A stretch of DNA of 64,000 bases, from the NCBI RefSeq assembly GCF_006345805.1, contig NC_043012.1, positions 49,352,001-49,416,000 of the forward strand. Direction: 5' to 3'. The stretch comes from Octopus sinensis. Its lineage: Eukaryota. Position numbers and translations under genes: made by a program. Shown here one piece after another: positions 1 through 11,580 of this stretch; position 1 is the stretch's first letter; the number at the start of each line of letters is the position of its first letter. A model generated the notes under the pieces. The model was not told the DNA's origin, did not search any database, and saw nothing but the letters and a program-made list of their open reading frames with translations.

Positions 1-125
1 TTAGCAGGAGGGTTCTAATTACTGGTAAGAGAAAGACTGCCGAAAACGTGTGGATACTTAAGGCTACAGGTAGTAACCATATAAATCCTAGTAGGACTGA
101 GACCAAACCTGAGCTCTGTTTCTAT
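1..125 (+). mobile_element. Possible 3' end of an R4/Dong-like retrotransposon
   Basis: cgaaaacgtgtggatacttaa reads RKRVDT*, resembling the RKVL..* end of the other R4 copies; followed by a UTR-like stretch and a TAA/GAT repeat tail. Confidence 0.3.
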
Positions 126-165
126 AATGATAATAATGATAACAACAATAATAATAATAATAATA

Positions 166-205
<40 letters not shown>

Positions 206-340
206 CGACGACGACGACGACGATGACGACGACGATGACGATGACGATGACGATGAGGATGAGGATGAGGATGAGGATGAGGAGAATCATGATGATGATG
301 TTGATGACGATGATGATGACGATGATGATGATCACAATAA
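126..340. repeat. Compound trinucleotide microsatellite (AAT/GAT/GAC/GAG-GAT)
   Basis: Direct reading; explains the poly-N/D/I/H ORFs at 15-471. Confidence 0.97.
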
Positions 341-935
341 TAGAGAGCGTGATTGAGATTACGATGATTCAGAATATGATATCTGTAAAGGATGTACCTG
401 TAATAATAATTGGTGCATGACGGCGTGCGAGTAATGACATAGACATATGCTAAACAGAGAGTGAAACACAATGTCCTATACAGCTTTTACAGAAGATTTG
501 CTTCTTAAGACCGATAAAGCGTTTTGAGCTGCTGTAGGCTTATTAAAATCCTGTGCATGTCTGTTGTATCCTCCGGCTCCAAATGCCGTGGTACCGCCAC
601 GATATTGTGACAGATGGTTTAGATACGCTGTTACCAGTGTAGTAACAGTAAACAATATAACGATGCTGCCGTGATAACAAAGTAACGATTCAACAATCTC
701 ATCACGAACCAAACGGACTTACCAACCGACGCCTTCCGACTTCACTGCGAACTCAACTCGAACTAACACACAAACTTCACTCCGACCGCTACTATTAATA
801 ATCGCTCGGTCCTACCTATTTCTCGCAAGGGGCCGTCATGACTCTCATCACAACAATATCTAAGGCTACACGTAAATTATCCGCTGCCCGAATAAATTCT
901 GCCAGAAATAAAGAACAATCCCGACTCAATTCAAG

Positions 936-958
936 TAATAATATTAATAATAATAATA

Positions 959-1007
<49 letters not shown>

Positions 1008-1278
1008 CTCCCAAAATATATGGCACACTAGGCATAACAACAACATGAACTTCCAACCTATTGTCTCTTGAGGTCTCTGGGTGAGACTTGGAGCCAACTT
1101 GTACAAATATAAAGCAAAAGTCAAACATAGAATAATAATAATAATGATAATAATAATAATAATAATAATGATAATAATAATAATAATAATAATAATGATA
1201 TTGATAATATAATAATAATAATAACAAAAACAACAACTACAACAGAACAACCACCACCAGCAACAACAACAAGAACAA
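936..1278. repeat. (TAA)n and (CAA)n tracts flanking a short insert
   Basis: Direct reading. Confidence 0.95.
1005..1130 (+). mobile_element. Very short 5'-truncated retrotransposon tail (probably R4/Dong 3' UTR) inside (TAA)n
   Basis: ~125 bp unique sequence (ttgtctcttgaggtctctgggtgagacttggagccaacttgtacaaa) with (TAA)n on both sides, the same context as the coding R4 remnants. Confidence 0.55.
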
Positions 1279-1280
1279 CA

Positions 1281-1413
1281 GATCGACCCCAGTACGCAAC
1301 TGGTACTTAATTTATCGATCCCGAAAGGATGAAAGGTATAGTCGACCTCGGTGGAATTTGAACTCAGAACATAAAGACAGACGAAATACCGCTAAGCATT
1401 TTGCCCGGCGTGC

Positions 1414-1414
<1 letters not shown>
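1281..1414 (-). mobile_element. tRNA-derived SINE family A, partial
   Basis: Reverse complement of the A-family body: gttcaaattcc B-box, gaggtcgac...catcctttcgggatcgataaattaagtaccag core. Confidence 0.9.
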
Positions 1415-1477
<63 letters not shown>

Positions 1478-1490
1478 TAATAATAATAAT

Positions 1491-2328
1491 ACCTCAGAGA
1501 AATCGAAGGGAAAGACAAGAGCAACACCTAGAGATGGCTGAGAAAAAGTGATCTGATAAGATGCACTCAGCTTCTGATATGTAGCGCCCAGATACAAGCT
1601 CTGAGAAATAATTACACAAAGTTCTGAATAGATAAGACCAGTGAATCGCCTTTTTGTAGGATGTTTGGTACCAAAAAAAATGTCACATATTGTGAGTGAA
1701 TGTAGCAAACTGGTCCAAAGGAAGACACGATAATGTGGCTAAGTTTATTCATTTGAGACTGGGAAAAGTACGGTCTGGACAGAGCACGGAAATGGTACAC
1801 GCAGAGAGTGCCACTGGGAACAATGAATATAAGATCCGGTGGGAACTTTACAATCTAGTCTGATACCCTAATCGATGCTTGGAGCCGGACATTGTTGTGG
1901 TGGAAAAAAGAACTAAAGGAATGAAGATCATAGATATTGCCTCAGCTGGGGATGCAAACGTAGATGTCAATGAGCTAGAAAACACGGAAGGATACAGACT
2001 ACTAAAAGACGAAATAGCAAGAATGTAGGCAATGAGGAGAGTAACTGTAACCCAAATAGTTGACGGGACACTAAGCGCGCTAATAACCAGGTTTGAGAAA
2101 TGTATCAGAGAAATTGTAATTGACATGAGGACAGAGCAGTCCCCAAAACTGCTCTATTGGGGACAGCTAGGATTTTGAGATTGGTGCTTGAGTAACTTCC
2201 AGGTATCAAAGCTTATGATTTGCGGAAAGAGAACCTGTAAAACTTCTGACAACAGGGTGCTGTCTGCTGTCACAGAATCAACCAGAGCAGGTAAGTTCGA
2301 GAGCTGTGAGAAGTAAAACATTAATAAT
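1491..2328 (+). mobile_element. Decayed R4/Dong-clade non-LTR retrotransposon, C-terminal zinc knuckle, RLE endonuclease and 3' UTR
   Basis: Frameshifted translation gives CRMFG..SHIVSECSKL..RHDNVAK, PDIVVVEKRTK..KIIDIA and KTALLGTARILRLVLE*; begins directly after (TAA)n and ends in taataat. Confidence 0.9.
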
Positions 2329-2330
2329 GT

Positions 2331-2522
2331 CAAACTTTAGCACAAGGCCAGCAATTTTGGGTGAGGATGCTAATTGATTACATCAGCCCAAGCAGTCAAC
2401 TGGGACTCACTTTATCGACCCCGAAAGGATAAAATGAAAAGTTGACCTCGGTGGAATTTGAACTTAAAACATGTAGCTAACCATTTGCTCAGCGTGGTAG
2501 TGATCCAACCAGCTCGCTGCCT
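2331..2522 (-). mobile_element. SINE family A (tail variant 2), degenerate
   Basis: atcgaccccgaaagga core and cagctcgctgcct head on the reverse strand. Confidence 0.8.
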
Positions 2523-3616
2523 AATGCGTTCTCCTATACCCACAAGGTTTATAGTACAGTACCGGATTTACTCACTCCCCCCAAATTTTCTGTTATTTTG
2601 CTCTAAGTATTTATTATTAATATTATTTGTAGTAGTAGTAGTAGTAGTAGCTATTGTTGTTGTAGTAGTGGTAGTAGTAGTAGCAGCAGCAGCAGCAACA
2701 GTATTAAGTTATAGTTGGTTATTGAAGACTCTCAGACTGGTGTGTGATTTATGGTTAATATATGTAAGTTTCCCCGTTTTGAACCGTATTAAATGCCAGG
2801 TGTTCTCTGGGCATACCGCACATAAGGTGTTCGACCTCATCTGCTTCTTTGCTAAGATCACGCAATCGCAGCTGCGGCAATAAACTAACAAACGAAAGCA
2901 AAATAGAATTACTGCAAGTGCAACAGTAATGATAAAGAACAATCGTCGGTGGCGGTGTCATCATGAGCGAAAGCTGCGATAGATAGAAGTAGCTTTTCAT
3001 CAGGATCAGCATCAATAGCAGCTTCAGTATTGGTGATCTTATGAACACAGTATCATTGTCAGTAGTATCAAAATGCCAATAGCTCGGTAAATGTATAAAG
3101 GTAACAGCAACAAGAGCAACAATGGTGATGACGATGACAACAGCAACATCAACGAAATAACGATAGTAAGAACAATACGTAATAATCAATTACTGTGTAG
3201 TTATTTATTTATTCATTCGGTTTTAGTTATTTTGCTTGTCTCTCCTGCAATAGATCGAAAATGGCATTGTCAATTAAAGGAATCAGACACAAGAAGAGTA
3301 AACCACATATTAAACAGATCACTGGCAATAAAAACCCGAAGGACATTGATAACCCCTGTCGTAAAGCTAGCCAACAGATGGACATTTTTTGGCTGTATTA
3401 CCATCATTTTCTTGATATATAATGACAGGTCCTCCAGCCATACTGTCCGTCAATTATATTCTGATGGCTACTTATCCTAATTGATATCAAATTTCCAAGT
3501 GGCTGGACATCTCACCTCAAGGCCAAGCGAACGTCCAGCACACCTGGTGTCTTCCGTTCGAATCACTGTCACAATCCCAAGGGCCAGTCAGCGTAGAGTG
3601 ACCACAAATAGTCATA

Positions 3617-3618
3617 TA

Positions 3619-3650
<32 letters not shown>

Positions 3651-3667
3651 TGTGTGTGTGTGTGTGT

Positions 3668-3706
<39 letters not shown>

Positions 3707-4260
3707 CATATGTATACACACACAAACACACACATACACACACTCACATATATGTATGCGTGTATGTGTATATATACACCATTATATGTACATGCATACT
3801 TACATATATACATACAAGTCCAGTTCTGATAATTCTCTTAAAAGCAGGAATAAAAATAAGAGAGTAACACACACACACACATACAGACGCACACACACAT
3901 TCATGCACACACACATATACACACACTTAGAAAAGTATATATACATATACAGAGAGGGTAAGGCGATAAGTAACTTTAGAAAAACGGATGTGGATTTACA
4001 TATACATACTCACACTGTTTTATTTAGATAGATAAATACATAGTTAAACAGATAAGTATATATACAGACATACACACACACACACACGAACAATCACACG
4101 CACAAACACACACATATATATATAGATAGATAGGTAGATAGATAGATAAGTAGATAGATAGATGGATGGATAAATAGATAGATAAATATATATATATAAT
4201 ATATATATATATATATAATATATATATATATAATATATATATATATAGATATATATATAT

Positions 4261-4318
<58 letters not shown>

Positions 4319-4440
4319 GGATGGGTGGATGGATGGATGGATGGATGATGGATGGATGGATGGATGGATGGATGGATAATAGATAGATAGATGATAGATA
4401 GATAGATAGATAGGTTGATAGATAGCTAGAGAGATATGTT

Positions 4441-4505
<65 letters not shown>

Positions 4506-4545
4506 GTAGGTAGATAGATAGATAAATAGATAGATAGATAGAAAA
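3617..4545. repeat. (TG)n, (CA)n, (TA)n, (GATA)n and (GGAT)n microsatellite field
   Basis: Direct reading. Confidence 0.95.
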
Positions 4546-4879
4546 GACTCGGATAAACAGATAACTAGAGGAGTATTGCCCTCTCTGATGCGGGTGGCCT
4601 TAGTGTCATCTGTGTGATCTTTGCTTCCAGCTTTTCTACCTTTCTATTTTCTCATGGGGTACCGACAGGCTGTCTTCCTAACTAGTGGTTCAAATAGATG
4701 GAACATTGACATGAATATCCGCAATGGAGAAAAATGCTGTTTCGATAATATGAAGGCATAGTCGAGAGGAAGGGGAAGAGATGGAAAAAGTGGATATTAG
4801 AGAATCTTGAGAATTTTGAGCATAGGAAAGAGGGATTGGGGAGAGAATAAGGGATAATAAAACAAGTAGAGAGAGAGAG

Positions 4880-4922
<43 letters not shown>

Positions 4923-5362
4923 AAGAGTGGGAGAAAGACAGGAAGAGATGGAAACATGTGGATCAGATTTAAAGGGATATATTTGTATAGATGAGATGGA
5001 CAAAAGAGGATGTAGTAAATGTGAAAAGTTGAAAAATTCAGAATTGCATTTTGCGATGATGTGGTAGTTATGGTGGTGGTGAAGGACAATATCTGAGAAT
5101 CGCAGAAGAAAGGGATTTGGTCAGGGAATTTTTTTGAGCAGGCAAGGAATGTGTGGTGTCAAGCATGTACCTCACAACCATATACACATACATAGTCACT
5201 TATCATTGCATACAATCTTTTATAAGCAATATTAAATTATAGAATTGTATGCAATAAATGAAGAAGTAAAAATACCAACGATTTTGAGATACGAATTTGA
5301 GACAGCTTCTATTAAAGTTACTCATCCACACTACAAATATACTGTCGTATCTTAATGTGCTG

Positions 5363-5671
5363 TTTTTTTTTGTTCTTTCTCGAGCCATGCCTGGTTCATA
5401 AGGGCCGGTTTCCCGGTTTCTTGGTGTATAGGTTCCCCCACTGGACGGGACGCCGGTCCGTCGCAGGTGAGCTGCAAGATGCAGAAAGAAAGAGTGAAAG
5501 AAAGTTGTGGCGAAAGAGTCAGCAGAAGTTTCGTCATTACCTTCTGCCGGAGCTGCGTGGAGATTAGGTGTTTCGCTCATAAACACACACATCGTCCGGT
5601 CTGAGATTCGAACCCGCGATCCCTCGACTGCGAGTCCGTTGCTCTAACCACTAGGCCATGTGCCTCCACCA
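5363..5671 (-). mobile_element. tRNA-derived SINE family C, full length, 10-bp TSD
   Basis: Head ggaggcacatggcctagtggttagagc...gggttcgaatc has A and B boxes; short A tail; TSD taatgtgctg at 5353-5362 and 5672-5681. Confidence 0.9.
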
Positions 5672-6094
5672 TAATGTGCTGGTGGGTGGAGCAGACGATT
5701 TTCCGAGGATTGGTGCAATAGATGTTACTGAATCTTTGCTATCTAACAACGGGTGTAATTTCACTTTTTTGCCTAAGCTTTTAATCAGACAGGTATGTGA
5801 GATAGAATCATAAATAGGAATATAATCCTAGACGTGTGGAAGTGAGGGAGAGAGATAAACATAACCAGGGGACCTGGAATAAATGATTATACCAGAGTAA
5901 ACTCCGCCAAAGGTATCCGAGGTATCACTCCGTGGTTTTAGCTGGTGACGGATTAACTATATCACACAAGAAGATGTTTATGGTATTGAAGCTTAGAATA
6001 CAAAGAAACGAAAGAAATACCTCAAATATCTGCTCCAGCAGCTTTACAAATCTGCATTATACAAAATTGAATATGTTAGATTGTATTTCAGTAT

Positions 6095-6435
6095 ATGCTT
6101 TAATATGAATGGCCTCTTCAAGACTCCCGCGACCATCCTGTACAGCGATCGCGTCAACGGGAAACGACATCGAGGAGTCCCAAAACGCAGATTAAAAAAA
6201 AAACAACTGATGTCTCTCTTTCAAGCCGAAGTCACCCGTAATTGTGAAACGGAAGCTGTTGCCCGTCCATCTTGCTGCTCCATTTTCGAGAAGTAAAATG
6301 TAATGCAAGGCCCGGCAAAGCGAGCTATGATCACCACCCGCCCTGCTATGCGATCACTATCCGAGACTGTTCCATTCCACACCTGGCCTTCTGAGTTGTG
6401 CCAGATTTAAGCATCATGGAGTCACCGGATTAAAC
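6095..6435 (+). mobile_element. RTE-clade LINE 3' fragment
   Basis: PATILYSDRVNGKRHRGVPKRR..KQL matches the RTE C-terminal motif ILYSEL..GKR.RG.P.KR; a downstream decayed RLFHSTPGLLS resembles the terminal zinc-finger region. Confidence 0.75.
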
Positions 6436-6811
6436 GAATTCGGACAAAAATTCGGACGATAACAATGACGATGATGATAATTGGAAACAATAACGAATCG
6501 ATTCATTCTTAATACGTTCGAACGTGAATATCTGATAGCTATTGTTATTCGCTATTAGAAGACATGTCCTACCTTTAAATGATGTGTGCTCTTTCAACCT
6601 CGTTTTGCGTCTCTTCTGTCGAAGCTACCCCACACCGATCTATCTCACAAGAGCATTAACCATTGTTTATAGGAATCTACAAATTATTTATTAATGCGTG
6701 CTGATATTAATTCATGAGGTAGACGACAATCAGATATTAATTCATGAGGTAAATGCAGAGCAGCGAAAATTCAAATAAAGTATGTATTCATTCGTAATAC
6801 GTTCTGGCATA

Positions 6812-7131
6812 AAGGCACGTGGCTTAGCGATGAGGGTATTCAGCTCACGATGATAAGGTCACTAATTCGATTTTTGGCAGCGCGTTTTGTCTCTGAGTAA
6901 GACACTTTATTTCATGTTGCTCCAGTTCACTCAGCTGGCAAAAATGAGTAGTACCTGCGTTTTAAAAGGCCACCCTTATTACATTCTGTGCTACGCTGAA
7001 TCGCCCTGAAAACTACGTTAAGGATACGCATGTTTGTGGAGTGCTCAACCACTTGCACGCTACTTTCGCGAGCTGTTTGTTCCATTGATTGGATCAATTA
7101 GAACTCTCATCGTCGTAAGCGACAGAGTACC
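6812..7131 (+). mobile_element. tRNA-derived SINE family D, 13-bp TSD
   Basis: Head gtggcttagcgatgagggtattc; core tctgagtaagacactttatttcatgttgctccagttcactcagctggcaaaaatgagta; TSD acgttctggcata at 6799-6811 and 7132-7144. Confidence 0.85.
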
Positions 7132-7499
7132 ACGTTCTGGCATATTCGAACATATCTGATTACTGTTGCTATTAGGTATCAGAGGGCATCTTCATTTTAA
7201 AGGATAAATATTCATACTACCCGTGTTTCACCGGTGCAAAGGACTTAGAGCTAATGCTCTGGTGAGATTCCTCAATCCGAGGCAATTTCGACTGAAGTGA
7301 TGCACAAAGTGATCAAACCAACGCCATTTTTCAAAGTCTCCGTAAAAGAATTCATTATCAAAGAAGACAGAAGCAGATTTTATTGGTTGATTATTTTGCC
7401 TTATTGCACTTATTTCTCTTCGAATATCTTTGGTAATCTTAAGAGAAATATTTGAATGGAATGCGCATAATTTCATTCTGCTTGATTTAATGATACAAG

Positions 7500-7750
7500 T
7501 GAGCAAGTATAGCTGTGTGGGTAAGAAATTCGTTTCGTACTTTCCATCCCATGTGATTTGTCTCAGTCCCATGGTGAGGCGACAAAGGCAAGTAACCACT
7601 ACTCTTGCCCTGCGATGAATCTGTGTATGCCTGGGTGCGTGTGCGCGAACCTTTTTCCTTGCTTGTTCTCCCATAGCTTGACAAATGCTGCTTTTTTACG
7701 TCCCTACAATTTAGTGGTTCGTGCAAAACAATAAAAGAAACGGATAAATA
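7500..7750 (+). mobile_element. Degenerate SINE family B
   Basis: gctgtgtgggtaag head, cagtccca, gcttgacaa..gctg..ttacgtccc..ttagtggttcg motifs. Confidence 0.6.
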
Positions 7751-7774
7751 TCAGGTTTAAAATTTGTGGAACTC

Positions 7775-8342
7775 TCGGGTTGTCCGGAAAGTTCGTGCCG
7801 ATTTATACTAGCTTAATTTCGACTTAATTTAGAACATGGTTGAGTCCATAAAATAGGATTTGACTACACCTCCATTTAGAGCACAGTTTAAGCTATCTTT
7901 TCGTGGAAGAAGGTTTATGTTCCTATAAGCTGTGTTAATTCTGTAACCTTTTAAAATGGAAGATAAGGAAGTTCATTTTCGGTACTTGATGCTTTGGGAA
8001 CCAGACAAAAATTGCTGCAGCTCGGCTGGGATGTGTTACCCCACCCTCCATATTCACCAGATATTGTTCCTTCGGATTTCCACTTATTCAGGTTTCTGCA
8101 GAATAGTGTTTATGGTAAAAACTTCAATTCCGTGGATGACGTAAAATGGTACCTTGATGAATTCTTTGCCATGAAACCACCTCAATTCTGGGGAGAGGGT
8201 ATTTTCAAGTTAAAGGAAAGATGGAGACGCATTGTGCAACAAAATGATTCATATTTGGTTGATTAAAAATGTAATGGCAAAGTATTTATTAAACTTTTTC
8301 TTTTCTTTAAAATTCGGCAGGAACTCTCTGAACAACCCAATA
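7775..8342 (+). mobile_element. Internally deleted mariner transposon (non-autonomous)
   Basis: ~30-bp imperfect TIRs (tcgggttgtccggaaagttcgtgccgattt / aaattcggcaggaactctctgaacaacccaata); N-terminal MEDKEVHFRYLML joined to C-terminal LGWDVLPHPPYSPDIVPSDFHLF...KLKERW. Confidence 0.92.
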
Positions 8343-9569
8343 AATCCTCTAAGACAATGCCTAGCATGGCTACAGTCCAATGACAGACAAAGCGTATCTA
8401 ATATTGTTGTCTTTGTTTTATTGGTTATTCTAGATAACCTAGTGATTCACCAAAATCATTCAAGCCGTGAAGAATACATCTTTTTTTTTTCAGATCTACT
8501 GAATCGAGGGCTAGATTAATCGGTGGGGGCTTCCATTTTCGAAGACACTAGGGTGACGTTCAACGTAGATTCGGTTACTAATTCTAGCAGATCGAAAAGC
8601 CTGAAATGCTGTACCTATGCATTAAACTACCGCCATCACCACAACAACTAAATTCACAGTCATCTTCATCATTGTCGTAGTCGTTGTGATCGTTGTCACC
8701 ATCATAAAGATCTTCATCATCATTGAACGCAGAGTCTGCATTAAACTCTTTGCTCTATCTAACCAACCAGCATTATGTTCTGAGATTGAATGTAAAGCAG
8801 CTACAACAGACATCATCAATATACTGCAGCATTAACCCCTTCCTCTATAAATTTGTGCCAATTCGGAATTCATCGACGTCAACATCGTTATCGTTGTTGT
8901 CGTCATCTTTATTGAATATTATTTAAATTAACAGAAACGCTGAAATTCTGACAACGACTGAGTGCCATCCGCACGCAAAATGAAAATCACGTTAGTACCA
9001 TCACACCTAATGCAGTGAGGAGAACACTCTAACAGACAATATAATAATTGTCATGGTGTATTTATATATTTTGTGTCACGTAAAGTGTCCTGACTATATT
9101 TGAATATTTTTGCATATTATTCTTAATCATAGCTCCGAATGTTGTAATTTATTTTTTCAGAAATGATTCGATTTGCCGGAGGAAATATCAGAGTGAAATC
9201 GCACAAAATGTGCAATATTAATCATCTTCTGTACAGAAAATTTGTATATATAATAGACGACAGGCTACACTTAACTACACGTTCATTTGTTTAGAATATT
9301 CCTAAATATAATGCATAGATTCTGTGGAGTTAGCCTATTATTTTCAGAGGAATGTCACCATATGTCTGGAATCTAGTGTTCGGTATTTATTATTACAATA
9401 TTACACAACTTTTACTAGTGTCTCTGCTTTCCTGCGTGTTTCATATATGTTTATGTGTGAGGATGAATGTGAGGCGCGAACATGCTTGAATGTAGAAATT
9501 CTATGTGTGTTTCTGTGAGTATGTCTAAGATTATGCGCGTGTGAATGTACAGATATATGTGTGAGTAAA

Positions 9570-9800
9570 CTTGAATATTTTGGACTGATATATATATATA
9601 TATGCACACACACACAGAGGTAGATACATAAATGTATATATATACGGCGGGATTCTGTCATTTCCCGTCTACCAAATCCACTCACAATGCCTCGATCGGG
9701 CCGAGGATATAATAAACACTTATGCAAGGTGACATGTAGTAGACTGAACCTGGAACCATATGGTTGGGATGCAAACTTCGTACCACACACCCACGCCTGC

Positions 9801-9801
<1 letters not shown>
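9570..9801 (-). mobile_element. SINE family B, 5' half
   Basis: Head ggcgtgggtgtgtggta...ggttcagtc, accttgcataagtgt, gtgagtggatttggtagacgg. Confidence 0.8.
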
Positions 9802-9880
<79 letters not shown>

Positions 9881-9889
<9 letters not shown>

Positions 9890-10123
9890 CAAAAGAAAAA
9901 CAGGATGCAAAGGATTTAGCGGTACATATGTTTCTGGCTTTATTGGACAATTTATATCAATGCATAATTGATGTAACAGTATGTCAATAGCCTTCTTCAG
10001 CCACACACAATTACCACACCAAAGACATGTACTACAGTATGCATTGATATAAATTGTCCAATAAAGCCAGAAACATATGTACCGCTAAATCATTTGCATC
10101 CTGTTTTTCTTTTGATAAATATA
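9881..10123. mobile_element. MITE-like fold-back element with 86-bp inverted arms
   Basis: 9881-9966 is the reverse complement of 10038-10123 with one mismatch; 71-bp spacer; TA context at both ends. Confidence 0.8.
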
Positions 10124-10191
10124 CCCTATCACCTACACCACTAACTGGCATATACAGGTGCTTACAGTTATCAAGTATTCACCCTGAATTT

Positions 10192-10246
<55 letters not shown>

Positions 10247-10810
10247 ATATATTGATGTCTACATTCCTTCGGGATATATATATATATATATATATACAGT
10301 ACTTACATATTTTCAGCGGATATGTTAATCATATTAATGTTTATGTCCTGCATGCAAAGTCGTTATGCTGCGTTGTGACCAGAAAGAAGCGCATGTATTC
10401 AATGAAAGATTAAATTTGACACCAAGCATAAACCTGCTGTACCCTCATTTGCAGTGACCATCAACAATCCGCATATATTTTCACTTTTATTGATGTATTA
10501 TAATTTTCTAATTTTCAAATTATTTAAAACGAACATACTTGATGCTATTATCCATTTATGATGACACCAAGTGGGAATAAAAAATGATGTCACCACGTTT
10601 CCCCCCTTTTTTTTTTCTAGTAGTACTCCTAGGTAAAAGATGATACTTGATGACGCTTACTGGTATACATTACTGGAGAAATATATAGTAACTTTGTTCA
10701 CAGAAGTTTCATTTGTAGGCAGAATACTATACTATGTTGAGAAGTTCTAATGATAGCAAGAGTTGGCACCCGTCCTTGTCAAGCGTAGATTACTATATTA
10801 TTAGCCATAT

Positions 10811-11025
10811 GAAGGTGGCGAGCTGGCAGAATCATTAACTACTTCGGGAAAATACTTAGTCGCATTTCTTCAGATTTTACCTTCTAAGTTCAAATACTAT
10901 CGGGGTCGACTTGATTTTCATCCTTTTGGGTTCGATAAATTTAGTACCAGTTGAACACTCGGGTCTAAGTAATCGGCTTATGGACTCCTCATTTGCTGGC
11001 CTTGTTCCAAAATTTCAAATCAATA
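10811..11025 (+). mobile_element. SINE family A (tail variant 2)
   Basis: aaggtggcgagctggcagaatc head, gttcaaat, ggggtcgac..catcctttt core. Confidence 0.8.
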
Positions 11026-11069
11026 TATTAGGATACATGTTTTGAAATATTTTCTTCTCCTCCTCCGTA

Positions 11070-11580
11070 AGCATTTTATCTTTTATCTCTTGCTTGTTTC
11101 AGTCATTACACAACGGTCATACTGGGGCACCGTCTTGAAGAATTTGTAGGTGAATCGACATTAGTATTTAAATATTTTTAAAGCCTGCTGTCTATTTCAT
11201 CGGTCTGTTTTGCCGGCCCGCTGTTATAAGGTCGTAAACAGACCAACGCCGGTTGTCAAGCGGTAGTGGTGGTGATGAACAACAAACACACATAAACACA
11301 AACACGCACATATATTTATTACATATGCGTGTGTGCGCGTATGTGTGCGTGCGTGCATGTGCGCGCGTGTGTACAATATGTAATAATTCCAGTTGTTTCC
11401 ATGATACTTAATATATCAAAGAAACAGTCTAATAATTTTAATTAATGAAATGGAATGAATAGTCGCAAGCCTGGCTATGTGGTAAGAAACCTCACTCCCG
11501 ACCACATGACGCGGGGGTCAGTCCCACTGTATGTCACCTTGGCCAAGTGTCTTTTTCTATAGCCTCGGGCTGTCAAAGCC
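11070..11580. mobile_element. SINE family B fragments (3' half on minus, 5' head on plus at ~11465-11580)
   Basis: cttgtttcagtcatt..ggggcaccgtc tail; ctatgtggtaagaa..cagtcccactg..accttggccaagtgtc head. Confidence 0.7.

Noticed and set aside
15-471. Long poly-I/N/D/H ORFs
   Set aside because: Products of trinucleotide repeats that lack stops in several frames; no complex sequence
3481-4031. VC/HT/YI-rich ORFs (also at 13.6k, 24.3k, 33.4k, 37.7k, 42-45k, 58.7k and 62.8k)
   Set aside because: Dinucleotide microsatellite translations
5598-5669. tRNA gene
   Set aside because: A and B boxes are present, but it continues into a SINE body with tail and TSD, and no proper acceptor stem closes
6703-6751. 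19-bp direct repeat gatattaattcatgaggta
   Set aside because: Only two copies; simple local duplication, not a CRISPR-like array
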